Source: Psammoneis japonica
Taxonomy: Eukaryota
Direction of reading: 5' to 3'
Assembly (NCBI GenBank): GCA_008632985.1
Contig: QPGO01000313.1
Coordinates: forward strand, 1-61,169
Length of the DNA: 61,169 nt
Of the stretch, positions 38,848 to 52,250 are shown piece by piece (positions within the stretch are counted from its first letter, which is position 1; every line of letters begins with the position of its first letter). A program made the translations under genes and the position numbers. The notes under the pieces are model-generated. The model saw nothing but the letters and a program-made list of their open reading frames with translations, was not told the origin of the DNA and made no database searches.

Positions 38848-39392
38848 GATTGCTGAAAAAGAGGGTTGGAATGACGAGACTCGTCTATCTACTGTATGTT
38901 TGCTGCTGCTGGCTGCTGCTGCGGCCTCTTTCTGCCGCGGGAGGAAACGGGAATGAAAGGACCTCTACAGACAAAAGAAGGTTACTGTGGAAGCAAATCT
39001 GTCGACGGAAGATGAAGGCGGGGCTTTCAAGTGTGGATCTTATGCAGCGCTCAGCCTATAAAATATGGTTGGTGCTCTTGGGAAAGGAATTGACAACCGG
39101 ACACGCCATCGCTGGCAACTGGCAATGGGTAATGGCCGCAAAATTCGCTGCGCATGCATCGAACCCAAACGTGCGCGACCAACTCTACTAGGGCCTAGTC
39201 TCGAGGGAGGATTAGGAATGGCGCTACGAGAGCCAATCAGAATTCAGCATTTGGGATTTCTACTTATAGGGGGCCCTCGGAAAGTCGAGGACTTTCCGAC
39301 TAATTAATTAACATTTTTTCGGAAAATCTGACGCAATCATTTATAGACGAGGAGGCTGAGACAACTCTCCAAAATCAGACACAAGAATCAAA

Positions 39393-42300
39393 ATGATGCG
39401 GAGACCGAAATCATCTTCTTTTCGCGCCACGGAAAAACACAACAACACAGACTTCTGTCGCGATGAGAAAAATTCTCTCACAAAAAAACCCACGAGAGAG
39501 AAAAGTACAATCTCTACTGGTGCTTCGATGATGACCGACGTTGAAGAAGAATCAGCTCCACTAAAAGTGGCTACACAGCAGCAGCTGCATCCTTTCTTTA
39601 TCAACATGGGCATTCAATCCCAGAAGCGCAAAGGCTCCATTAAAACGAGCAAAAGTCAAGCGCAGACACGTAAGAAGCGCACGCAACAGAGCGATTTAAG
39701 TGGGCGCAAGGTGCCAAGAGTAGACGACGGAACAAAGAAATGCAAGAGGTGTGAGAATGGGCCTACATACCATCATGGTCACGATCCCACGTGCAAGTTT
39801 TCGAAACGATACATGCAAATCAATGTCACCGCGGCTACGAAAGATGCAGAGCGACGGGAAAAAGAGCTCCATGAAAAGAACAATACGATCCCAGCCGCCC
39901 CACAGAAAGGAGTTTCTACCATGGAAGACCATTTTGAAATTAAAGAATCAAACAGTCGAGCTCCATTGCCTCCTCCCGGTGATTCAAACTTTTGCAAGCC
40001 CGTGAATCTGGGAGCGTCCAGTTCTACCGTCGCAAGCAACCCGAATCTTTTTGATGCCGCAAGGAATACAAAATTCTCGGTTGAGACGTTGAAAAAGAGA
40101 TTCGAGCACGAGTGAAAAAGTATGAGAACTCGGAGGAGAAGACAAAGTGCCCGGCTGCAGTGAGTGCTCTTATCAGTTATCTGTTGGATTCTGTCAAGCC
40201 CAGATTTGATCAGGGCAGCAACACGTATCCTGTTGCTACAGCAAAAAGCACTAAGCTCAAAGAGATTCTGGAGGTCAAGGATGGTACCTTTCCGCCTGGT
40301 ACAATATCGTTTCAAGTTCCCAAGGATGACTGCACTTCACCGCCTGATTATTACTACCACCAGCTGCAGGGTATGATAATATACATCGTTTGTTGGGAGC
40401 TGAATTGTCCTAACATCTACATTTCCTGTATTGACGGAGAGTGTGACGGGGAGATGATTCATGACCGTATGGACTTTACTCGATACGGTGGGGCGACGCC
40501 AATATATTGCATCAGCGGTAAGACTCATGTGGCAGTGTCAATGTGGTATGAGTGCAACAAATGCAAGACGCGATGCAAGGGCAACGACGGTCGACTGCTA
40601 CACAAGTTACCAAAAAGCCTTCAATCATCGTATCCAACTGAGCCAAAGTATGCCAGCGCAACCAACAAATGGCACCTTACAAGGGAAACCACAAGGCTAT
40701 TTGAATCCTTTCTTGTCACGTACGCAAACGGCGATAAGTTTTCTCACACGCTACACCAGATGCGAGCTGCCTATTTCGAGGATCTCCAGAAAGAGTATTA
40801 TCAACGAGCCAACGATGAATCAGGTGACTGGATATCTTTCTACGAGTGGATTGGCAGCTACAGTCCATCAGGTTCTGCGATTCTTGATCTTTATGATGAA
40901 TCTGGCGCATCGGAATTGACAGCTCTTGATACGTCATCATACTCCAGATGTACAAGATTGATCCAGATGGTGGGAGCATCAATGAGCGTGGCTTCTGACC
41001 ACACTTTTCAAATTCTCAAGAATTATACAAAGAAAGGTGGTGGAGCGGCGGCAGGACTATTTACTATGTGCAACGAAAAGGGACAGGTTGGAGTTGCTTG
41101 TCTGACACCGACGTTGGAAGCAAAAGATTTTGCTCACGCAGCCGAGCAGTTCGCGAGGCGAAAGAACGTGCGTCCAAAAATCCATTACAGCGACACTTGG
41201 CCGAATAAGTCATCGTTATGGAAGGTGTTATTTGGAGGTTACATAGTATGCCGTTTGGGTCTCTTTCACTGGATGCACCGTATTGTACAGACACTTCGAA
41301 AAGACCACGTCGACTATCATCAAGCAGTTCGGGACCTTCGAGCTACAGTTTCATACACCGAGTGGTCGGACCGCCAAGCAGTAATACAAGCCCTCAAGGA
41401 TGGAACTCTCAATGGCAAAAAGCACACGGATGCAGAAATAGATGAGATCATCCATTCTTCCAGGTGGAAGCACTACTCAGAATACATGCGCATTTGGAGG
41501 CATCCGCTGGAAAAGAGAATCAGCTTGCTTGACGATTGGCACGCCCGATATAAGTGTACGGCTTCTGATGGATCGCGACCCGCTGGGGGACGTCTTGATC
41601 CAAACAGTGGTTTGACACTCTTTACAAGTGATACAAAGGATGCCGTGGCAAATGGAAGAGAAACATCCAAGGGATTGGACGTTCCAGTGCCAAAGTCAGA
41701 GCAGTACTGGCCAGTGGCTCCATCGCTCCGTTCAAGAGCGAAGCTGGTGAAGTGGCGGACATTACTCGGGCCGGAGTCAAAGTTGGAAAAGGCTCATGAT
41801 TCGCTGGCTCATTATGGAACTGTGGGATGCGAGATTCATTGATGGATTTGATCACTCTGGAAGGTTTGGTTCTCTACAACGCTACAATTGAAGAAAAGGA
41901 ACGCGTTGAACGAATGAATCCAGAGACTCGAGCAAAGATTCCATACGATTTTCGGGGTGTGGTTGCTCATCGGAACGTGCTCAATCTAATCGAAATCACA
42001 AGCTAGCAACAAAGAAGGGGAAGAAAGCGCCCTATCCAGATGTAAGGGAACTCGAGGCGGACACCGGCGAGCGTTTTCTGTCCAAGTACCTGCGGGAGCA
42101 GAATGCTAGAAATGAAACAATTACTCCACACCCGGAGACGGATCGATGTATGTGCAATATCTGTGGGACAAAGCCAGTGACAAATCCATACAAGCGAACA
42201 ACAAGATCAGTTGTTGGAAACGGCAACGATGGAGAAACTACAGCAGTGGCAAGCGTTCGACCGGCTAGTGGTTTTGTGGAAATTGTGGCGGCTCCTCAGG

Positions 42301-42653
42301 TGGGGGTTGAATCTATGTGTGTGAATGACACACCATTACTTAACGCGGCTCACGTTCGAGTCGAGGAGCAGTTCAACATGTTGCAAGCCGTGAGAAGCGC
42401 CCTGTCACAACAAGTTGCCATTGCATCGAGCATGAGCGCATCCCTCCCATCTGTTCCATATCAAGTGCAACCGGCTCTTTCAAATCTTAATGATCTGATA
42501 CGGGATCAGAGGAAGCAAGACATTGATCCATACTGTTGTCCTGTCTTCCTACAATACAAGCTGCAGCAAAGCTACAGTGTGACGGGGTGCCGACCAAGAG
42601 GTCGACCAGCGCATTCTAAGGATTGCCCAAAGAGACAGCAGTCAAGGAGGTAG
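39393..42653 (+). mobile_element. Frameshifted DDE-type transposase-like gene (DUF6729-like, Mutator-related superfamily uncertain)
   Basis: Collinear ORFs 39393..40115 (CKRC..HHGHDPTC), 40112..41842 (YECNKC, VASDHTF, MCNEKGQV, HYSDTWP, RLGLFHWMHRI, SKLEKAH) and a continuation with DTGERFLSKYL and CMCNIC; frame breaks near 40112, 41830 and 42000. Confidence 0.65.
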
Positions 42654-43862
42654 ATGTTATCATTACTAGGCATACTTTATGTATTACTACTTTTGTTGAC
42701 ATTCTCGTGAGATAGCTACTACTCGTAGAAGCGATCTAGCCTAGAGACGCACAGTAGTGTTTTCGAAACAGAGCTGAGTTTCCATGAGTTACGAATTCAC
42801 TATTTTATTTCTTATCTACCACACTTCTATAACTATTGGTTGTTGTGTCCTCCACATACTTCATCACAATACCACACTCAAATGCCACCTTTCAAGGGCA
42901 GGTGAACCCTATCGCAACGGAGATTCGGGTCTGCGGCGGTTGAAGGCACTCCCGTCCTTGGAAGCACCAGTCAACGCCTCACCGGGGGCAACCCCTTGGC
43001 TCTCGTTGGCCGTCTCAATGTTCAGAGGTGGGGCCACATGAACATTATTGCAGAAAAAAAATTACCGAGGCGCTGCTGCAGTCAGCAACCTCGGCAGTAG
43101 CCCGTGTTATTTAAAGACGAGGGCAACCTCGTCTGCCGCTTATACACGGACTTTTCCAAAAGTGGTAGATTGTAGATTACCAGCCAAAACAAACCACACC
43201 CACAACCAACATGTGACATCCATTCCATCATATCCCGGTCAACAGCGCTTGTGGTACCGCCGCACTCAGCAATTCCAATGAACCCTGAAAAGCCACCACT
43301 CCAACAACTTCTAAAGCCTCGTCAACGAAGGGTGAACACTCGGCTGAAGCCAAAAGGCAACAATACAAAGCATCAGCATGAGAGACGCCATGAATGATCA
43401 ATGCTTAAAGGAGGCTCTTCAATCTGTCAAGAACGAACAGAAATTGCAACGCAAGAGCGGTGAGAGACGAGTTCAAAAAATGGAAAAAGTACCAAGCATT
43501 TCTTATCCATTTTTCACGTTTTTCATACATCTCTTTTCGTATATTCATTCATCAGAGAGAGTTTTAATGCGTGCTTTGTTGTCACAACAGTATCACAAGT
43601 GACGGCGACAATTTCGACTACCGGCTCTTGCAGCTCTCATGGTCGATTTTTTGTGTGGTGTCGGAGGGAAACTCCTGAATTGCGTAGATTTCTACGTAAA
43701 ATTCATACTAGAGATACTTCAACACTACAATGTCTCGATCTGTGTCACCACACCAAATNTACTTCAACATGGGAGCACCCGGAGATCTGACACATCGGGT
43801 GGTGAAACGGGAGAAAGAATTGACGATGGCTCTTCAAACCACTTCTGCCTTTAGATCAAGCT

Positions 43863-43962
43863 CGCTCCCTCGCAACCCCTTCCTCTCTCCTTCCTTTCTC
43901 TCCTCCTCCTCCTTCTTTCTCCTCTCCCCTCCCCCCCTCTCTTGGAGTCACTAACCCCCCCA
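43863..43962 (+). repeat. Polypyrimidine (C/T) low-complexity tract
   Basis: CCCCTTCCTCTCTCCTTCCTTTCTCTCCTCCTCCTCCTTCTTTCTCCTCTCCCCTCCCCCCCTCTC. Confidence 0.85.
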
Positions 43963-44010
43963 AAATCGTAGCCAGTAGCTAGCCCCACTAGAGCCCTACC
44001 CGGCTAACTC

Positions 44011-44214
44011 ATAATACGAGCATTGAAGAGAGTCAAAAAGGATTTTTGAATACAAATGGACGCTTCTTGAGCAAGGAGGAATTGAAAACAGCGAGGACGG
44101 GTCGTGGCGAATGAAATGCATGGGACACCGGATGCCATTGGATCTCGCAATGATTGCGTTGGAGCAGGGGCCTCGCCTTTGCAAGCACTGGATGGACTCA
44201 TGGCTGACGATGAC
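44011..44214 (+). pseudogene. Fragment of a PPIL4-like cyclophilin gene, inverted copy of 54922-55110
   Basis: Aligns to the reverse complement of 54922-55110 (GCTTCTTGAGCAAGGAGGAATTG, GGGTCGTGGCGA, CCATTGGATCTC, GCCTTTGCAAGCACTGGATGGACTCATGG). Confidence 0.85.
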
Positions 44215-47200
44215 CCACTCTCTCAGTGTGGCAGGAACACAAGGGTCTGTCTCTCCACAGTAATCCCAGCTGCTGTCAGCAGTGACGCATCGCAGCAGGA
44301 AATGGGTGCTCCATCCAGCATGCTGGAATGTCGGAGAGAGCAAACACAGTGCTTTGTGGGCTGACAAGCAGCAGGAGTGCTGGTGTGCTGGGGCAAGAAA
44401 TGTGCCATGGAATTTCTGGAGCCAGAGCAGCACACTGACTTTTGCTGCAGCTTCTGCCTGTCAAGCATCCTCTGCTGTGGCCAGCACTGACAATTCTCTG
44501 CACAACCAACTTCCAGATCACAGCTGCAGCTGTTGAGCCTTGCCATCATGCTGTCACCTCAAGGCCCAGCAGAAAGTTGCACTCTCAAGCTCAGCTGCTG
44601 CTTTGGGTTTTTTGGTGCATGTGTGTGCTGCACTTCAAGTGGTTTGGTTGGGAGCTTGGGTGCCTTTTTGTGGCCTTGTTGCAATTCAAGGTGCCTGCTG
44701 CAGAGCTCTGTCTTTGGCTGCTCTTCTTTGATTTCTGTGTGGACCCAAAGCAACTCAGCAGCCTCTTTGTGTGCACCGTGTTTGCACTCTGTGCTTCCTG
44801 CAGCTTTGTTGCCAACAGCAATTGTGCACCCCAGCCAAGCCCCTCAGCAATCCACAGTCATTGTTCCAACGAACGCTCCTTCATGGATGATGACAACCAT
44901 GCTGCAGCAGCAGTTCATGCTGCAGCCAATCAAAATTCTCTGAGCATCAAAAGCAAATGTGAGATGTGTGAGTGCAGCATTTGGTTTGATGTCCATGGTT
45001 GCAAAAAGCCCACTGTGACATTGCAAGCAGTGTGGTGGTGGTGGTGCTCACCAATCTTTTTTGCCACAACTGAAGCTCACATGATCCAAGCAAAGAGTGT
45101 GCCATGACACACAACAGCAAAAGAAAGAGTGCACCCAAGGTGGGAGTGCAGCCAAGTGGGCTGCTTCTTGTTGTCTTGTTGTCCATTGCACCAAACACAT
45201 CACAATCTTTCCATGCAAAAGAGTGGACAGAAGCAGCCAGTGGCTTTTTCCAGCTGGTGCATTGAGTGTTGTCTTGCCATTTTCCAATGTCCCCACCAAA
45301 CAGTTCCTTGTTTTCAAGATTTGTGGCTCTTACAACCTCTGATGCCTTTTTTCTGCTTTGTCATCTGCAAGAGTTGTTGATGACAGCACAAAAGAGATCA
45401 ATGTTGTCACCCACACAAGCACCGCTGAGCTCTTGCTGAAAAGATTTGAAAATGGCAAACTGTCTGCTGTGGCTGCAAGCTCACCAAACAGAAACCTGGT
45501 GCTGTGATTTTTGCCAAATTTTGTCACACAGTGTTGCATCTGGTGTTCTTTTCAATGGAGCTGCAAGATCCAGCAGTGTCTCAAAAATGGAGCATGTCTC
45601 AGGCCACTCCTTGTGCATGTTTTGTGCCTCTCAAGGCATGGCAATGTGCACATCATTGAGGAATGACTCTTAGAGATTTGGAGGTGTTTGTTGTGCATGT
45701 GGCCCCAGGTGTCAACTCCTCTGCAGTCTGCTGGGCTGGTTGGCCTGACATCCCAGCAGTTGATCACAGGCACTTTGACTCCACACAGGACTCAATTGCA
45801 GACTGTTTGCTTGGTCACATTTCTGATGTTCCAGAAGATGCCTGCCCAAACCCACAATTCCCTGATGACCCTTGAGTTGTTGGCACAACAATGACAATCT
45901 TCGAGAGGCTGCTGAGACTGTCACATCCACCAGCATTGAGAGCTTTTGGAGCAAGCACTGACACTCTTAGAGATTTCCTTGATTTCAGAGCAGGGTGCAG
46001 ATGCCCAATGACAGAAAGCCTGTCAATCTGCTTGACCCACTCAAAGGGGTTGCAGTTGAGGCATCAGCTTGGTGTTTTCTGAATTTTTGATTTTGCATGT
46101 CTTCTTTGCTTCACCCTCTGGACAATCATCAGCCCACCCTTGTTCTGGCACACACATGTGCTCAACTGGAGGCAGGTGCAGAGAGTCTCAGTCAGCAGCT
46201 TCTTCATGTTAGAACAAAACTCAGGAAAACTGCACAACGTGGTCTCACAGATCCAAGATGCAGGAAACATGTGTTCCAGAAAACTGCAGGCATTGAGGAT
46301 TGGAATGCTGCAACACCACAACTTCCCACAGTTCAGATGCAGTCACAACAGGTGCTGTGACAAATTTTTTCAAGACTCAGTCATTGGCAGCTCATGGCTC
46401 AAGACAGAGCAGTGTAAAAAAGTGCAGCAAGTCTCCCAAACTGGGTGCACCAAAGGAAGATGTGTGCCACCAAAGTCAATTTTTTGTTGAGAAGGTGGTC
46501 CTTTTGCTGATGCTGGGCACGGATGCCCCCTCCTCACATTGCATGGTGACTCCTGACCTCCACTCTTTCAACACACTGGTGTGTCTCCTCCTCCCAACTT
46601 TGGGTCTTTTCTCAATTCAGCAGGGCTGCACATTTGTGCAGTGTGAAACATGATGAGGCTGCTGCCAACCAATGGAGCCATGTCTTGTCTGGGCATGCCA
46701 ACGCACTCTCCCCCCCAACAACTGCACTGTGTGGGACATGACACTTGCTGCCAAGCAAGAAATTCAAACAGATGTCACACACATCTTGGAAATTTGTCTA
46801 GATGTTGCTCAATGTGTTGCTCTTTGCACCAGCTTGCCAGTTTGCTGTCAAAGGTCTGCTTTGTTGTGTGGCAGGGCTGCCTTTTTTCACCAGCTCCAGC
46901 ACTCCATCCACAATGAGCACAGATGCCAGAGACATGGGCACAATGGGCACAGCCACCAGAGACATGGAGGTGTGCAACACTGTCTTCTTGCAACTTGGTG
47001 TCAGAATGTTTTGTCAGGGTCTCAAACTGCAGACCTGCTGGGCTCACAGCCCTCAGACTTCTGACACAAGTGCCACAGAAGACAGGCCGCTCATCCCACA
47101 CTGCTGCCAGGTTTGCATCTGTTGATCTGTGACTCCAGGAGGCAAAACTGTGGCACATCCTCAACAGGATTGTTTGCTTGGACAACTTGAGAACAAGTTG

Positions 47201-50200
47201 TTCCTGACAACCTGCATGGAGCTTTTGCTGTGTGGACTTGTCAAAGATGTTGTCTGGCTTCACTTCTGAACCCATTGGAGAGGCAACTTTGGCAGGCAAC
47301 TCATTTGATGCTGACTTCTCTGAGAGTGCGGCATGCACAAATCTGACTTTGCATTGGTGCACCAGCTCAAGCTCTCACATGTGGTCCTGCTCTCTTGCTG
47401 ATGCAGAAAACAGACTTTGCCACTCACATCTGCAGCAAATGTCACCCAGGTTGTGCATTTGGCAACATCTGTTGGGGCCCTTCTGGATGCACAAAATTGT
47501 GTGGTTGTGAACCTTTTTGGTGCCATGTGCCACATGCCTGCAGATCATGAAGCTTGTTTCATCAACTTTAACACCAGCACTCTCTTTGAACATTTTTGTC
47601 ATTTTCCCTGGGGTGGCATTGCAAGACCTGCAGGCCAAGTCTTCATGACAGCCTGATGCTTTTCGGGAGGCTGTTGGCCTGCATCAGAGGGCCATGGCAT
47701 GTGCCACAGTGTGGACTCAACAACAGCTTGATTTGGAAGAACCCACCATCTGTGATCTTGCCAAGCAATTGAGCCAGAGCTCATTGCAGTTTTCCTTGCC
47801 AATGGTGGCTCTGAAAAATGCTGACCCCACCAACAGCCAGAGTGGTCCACACAAGGCTGGCAAGTCTGCAGCACATGGTCTGCACTCTCTCATGTGGGCT
47901 GTTCATGATTCAAAACCAAGTGGGCTTTGTTTCCCAGGTTCAAGTGGTGTGTGCAACAGAAACTCATGGGCCAATGTGTGCTGCTGCCATCAACTCAGGA
48001 AAGTTGTCACAGCACTGCATGGTCTTGAAAGAAGCCCACCATGTTGACAGCCAACCCAGAGCTGGAAGGTGCAAAAACATCCAAAAAGAAATCTCACATC
48101 TTGTGCAATCTTTGCCATGTAAAAAGACAAAACAAACTCTGGCTCAGGGCTTGCCAAGATCACATCAGCAGCAGCTTTCAGGTGCCAGCAGACACTGTGG
48201 TCAACCCCAAGGAGTGGCTGCAGGGACCAAGTGACAACAACAAAACTCAAACCAATGTTTCAAGTGCTGGTCTCACATCTCAAGACATTGACCCACACTC
48301 ACAGTGCACCAGCTGGTGCAGCTGGATTGTTCACAGGACACTCTGTCTCTGCTTCATTTCAAGTCAAATGGAAAATTAACTGCATGCTCTGTGTGCACAC
48401 AACCCAGCTGACCATGTTGGAAGAATGAAAAAGCCCAAAAACCACACCCAGCAGGAGATGCTAAAAACTAAATGTCAAAAAAGCAACACATCTCTGTCCT
48501 CTTGCTGCAGCAGGGGATGTGAGAAGTGTGAGCACAGACAGCCAGTTTGAAAGCAACATGGAAATCTGCGTGGAAACAGCAGGGAACAATTGCTCTTCAT
48601 GCAATGCTTCAAATGTCAGTGGGAGTTGGTTGTTGCCAACAAACTGTGATGAACATGACTGCAGCCACTTTGTGTTGCCAAAGGGGTGCAAGCAATGCAC
48701 CTGCAAAGAATGGCAGAGAAATGAAGCTGGGGGTGAAGAAACTGATGACAACAACAATCATCAATCTGTGGTGGCACCAAAGCATTTTGCAGAGTTCAAT
48801 GCAAGGAATGTGGCAGTGCCAATCAGAGCAGGAGTGTAAAAAGGCACACACTGCCATGATGGAGCCATGCCTCCCAAGCACCAGGAAAGCAGCATGTCTC
48901 CTTTGATGCCACTGGCACAACTGCTGCCTGCAGCTCCACATCACCAATGGAGAACAGCACAGAGCTGACCCCACAAAGGACATTTCTTTGGGTGCTTGTG
49001 AGTTGTGGGTGACTGAAGATGCTTCAGAAGAAGCTGCAGAAGCTTTGCAGTGCCACAGTCAATGCCTCCTCTGTGTTTCTGCACTCAAGCTGCAAAAAGA
49101 AGGAAGCTCAGGCTCAAGGGATTAACTGTGTGTGCCAGAAGATCACAGGAGAAGATCAACTCTTTTGACTGTGGAGCCACTCACTTTGAACAATGAATGT
49201 AAAAATGATGCTTTCAAACAGAGCATTTCCTTGGTTGCAACAGTGAACATGGTGGTGAATGCACAGAACACATCAAAAATCACCTCTGCTGGTCTCCAAC
49301 ATGCAAACTCACATGCAAGCCACCCTTGGTTCTTTGCCTCAGCAATGATGCACCTGTGCAAATCATTTGTGAAGCTGATTTTTTCCATTGGCCCCTTCAT
49401 GGAGACACAATCAGAGAAACCAACAAGAGACTGTTTGAACACAAAAATGAAAAAAATTCAATGGGGGGACACAATCCTCTGAACCAAACAATGAATCTGC
49501 TTGCCCCGTTTTTCCAAAGAGGGGGCACTGTCATGGCAGATTTGATGCTGAAGCAACTGCTTTGCTGGCCCAACACTTGCACCAGCACACACCACACTGC
49601 CGCTGCAGTCTCAAATCTCCTGACCCCCAAAGACTTGTGCTCAAGATGTTGATCTGGCCAGAAGCCATGCTGACTTCCATCAAATCTGGCTCACATCTTG
49701 GCCACCCCCAGGATGTCAACATCTCTTGGCTTTGTGCAACCCCTGGGGTTGTTGTTGGAGACCAGCCACTTGGCTTCTTCCATCAAGCTGTGCTGGGCTG
49801 CATTGAAGTGAGGACATCACTGCAGTTGTCAGAGGGACACTGGCAACAATGTGGTCTTTGAATGGATGAGAAACAACATCCATTGACTGAGGGAGCAGCC
49901 ACATGCATCAGACAGACTCTCAAATCATCTCTGCAGCAGCAAGTGTCAGGCATTGGCACAACACACAAAGAGCACAGTTGCTCACACAATCCTGCTGTCT
50001 GAGAGGGTGATGCTTTCCTCCACGCAAACACTCCTCTGGCATTTCTTGAAAATCTCATGTTGGAAATCAGTGCATCTTCAGAGACAACTCTCATTGACAG
50101 GAGGAATGTGCCAGCTACAACATTGGCTGTGAGCAGGAGCTTGGGAGGTGGAGACATGAGGGTGACAAAATTCTTGGCCACTCAAGTGCCACATCATGAA

Positions 50201-52250
50201 GCATGTGCTTTGCATGATGCCCCTTGGCCTCACAGAAGAGCACAAAGCCCACTTCAGCAAAACACCCAAGACCAAGGCAGCAGAAACTCCCTTTTGTGGC
50301 ATGGAGCTGTGTCTCTGCAGTTCATTGCTCAACATCTTTGATCCTCTAAAGTGTGCAGAGCACATTCTGAAACCCCAGGTTGCTTGGTCTGTCAACAAAA
50401 GTTCAACAGCGGCTCATGTGCTGTTGACAACACACCCATTCAGATCAACATCTTTTGTGCATTTCCCCAACCCTTGTCTTGTCTTGTCTTGACCATGCCT
50501 TTTCTTTGTTGAAGGACAGTTGGTTGTTGTGGTGCAATGTTTTGCACATGATGGGCACCACAAACTTGAGCGACCAAGTGCTGCTCATGTCATGTGATGA
50601 AGTGGGCTTTCACCGATCATGGCAAGCCTCACCCAAAACCACTGCATGACAAAGTGGACACAGAAATTCATTCTGCTTGCCAGGCAATGCACTGCAACAG
50701 TCAACGCCAGCTGTCAGCATGACAATGCACTCTTTGCAAAATGCAAGGGTTGGTGCCAGGTTCCCAAAACTTGCAGCACAAGGAGAGCTCAAAGACAAGA
50801 CACCACCCATGGAGAAGCACCACAGGCATGTGTTGTTGTGCTTGGCATTTGCCTTTCCTGCTGCAAGTGCTCCCCAACACACTTTTGAACAACAAGAGCT
50901 GTCTTGAAAATCCAGTGGGAAAAACAGTGGTGGGAACACTGCCAAGCATGATCTGCCACACTGACCACATTGCCAGGTGGCAGCAGATGCTCAGGTTTTA
51001 CAATTTCTTTGGCACTGCTGAGGCTTGGGTCAACCTCAACATTTGATTGTGACAGCAGCAGCCTCTGGACACAACTGCAGCTTGTGTGATGGGAGTCATT
51101 TTCTTGTGTGATTTGAGCACATGTCTTTGCATCATTCCAAACCTTGTCAGCTCAGCTCACTGCATTGGCTCCTGAGCCAAATCAAGCATCATTTGGCTTG
51201 AATTGCCCAGGTGTTTTTTCCTTGCAGAAGGACAACAACTTGTGCTCCATGGGCCCGGTGCTTGCCTCAGGTCTCTGTTTGTGCAACCCAAAGGTGTCAA
51301 CACTGTCAGACACTGCTGCATGAGTGAACAGCTTGATGTGCATGGATCCCCACCAGCTTTGACTAGCAGTGCCTGATGCAAAATTGATTTTTTGATCAAC
51401 AGTGGAAGAAGCTGTCAACAAATGTGTTGAAGCAATGGAGAACAACCTGCGAAATGTTTGTGAGTGGCCTCAAGACAAGAGAGTCATCCATGGGCAGCTG
51501 GCTTGCCCCTGCGTCTGGCTGAAATGTGGGTGAAACCTTTTCAGCCCATTCTCCTCATCTTTGCAGAGAACAGTTTCTGAGTGTGTGTGTGCCCCAAACA
51601 GCTTTGAAACATTCCCGATGATCAGCACCAAAGTGGAGCTGCAAACAGAGCTGGGCACAGCTCCCTCTTCTTTGGACTGCTTTGTGGCAGTTGATCCATC
51701 CTTGACCCCAGAAGACAAGTGGAACACCCCCCCACTCTGGCTGCACATGATGACATTCCAGTGCCTCATTTGACTCTTGCAGATTTTGAGCAAAGACTGC
51801 ACAAAACCTCCCACAGCTTGGGAGTTGCCACTGTTTGTTCTTGACCACCATTTGATTTTGTGCACTTTGCAGTGGTTGGCAGCAACAGACCCATCTTTGG
51901 TGAACTGCTGATCTCTCCTCTCCTGTGTGTGGCAGAGGCTCATGTGCTGCAGAGCACTGTCTCATTGAAAGCCCCTTTTTTGCTTGACTGATGTGGAGCT
52001 CCACTGCATTGCACCTGAAAGGCAGGCAACTTGCCATGTTGTGTGCTGACGGCATTCTCCAACTGGGTCCACACTTCTTGATTGATTGAGAGCCACAAAC
52101 AGAATGAGACAAAAAGCCTGGCTGAGGCACGTTGCTTGGCTGGCACATTCCCTCCCAGCTGTGAGGTGTGGTCAACTGAGTCTGCCATGCTTTGTGTCAG
52201 TGGCTTTCCAACATGATAAAGTCCAAGGCCAAGTTGGAGCTCCTGTGCAC
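44060..52250. other. TpA/CpG-depleted hypermutated tract 4 (about 8 kb, degenerate; ancestral content not identified)
   Basis: About 20 TA by eye in 44230-52240, none in 44263-45330; CpG rare; dense overlapping Tyr-free ORFs. Confidence 0.92.

Noticed and set aside
43378..43860. Possible spliced gene fragment (MRDAMNDQCLKEALQSV...)
   Set aside because: No recognisable family, stops in the putative second exon and an ambiguous base at 43759; cannot be supported.
44200..52200. Dozens of overlapping 60-250 aa ORFs rich in Cys/His/Gln/Trp (also in the other four tracts)
   Set aside because: Loss of TA removes TAA and TAG stops and Tyr codons in all six frames, and TG/CA excess generates Cys/His/Trp/Gln. 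They are compositional artefacts, not metal-binding proteins or an alternative genetic code.
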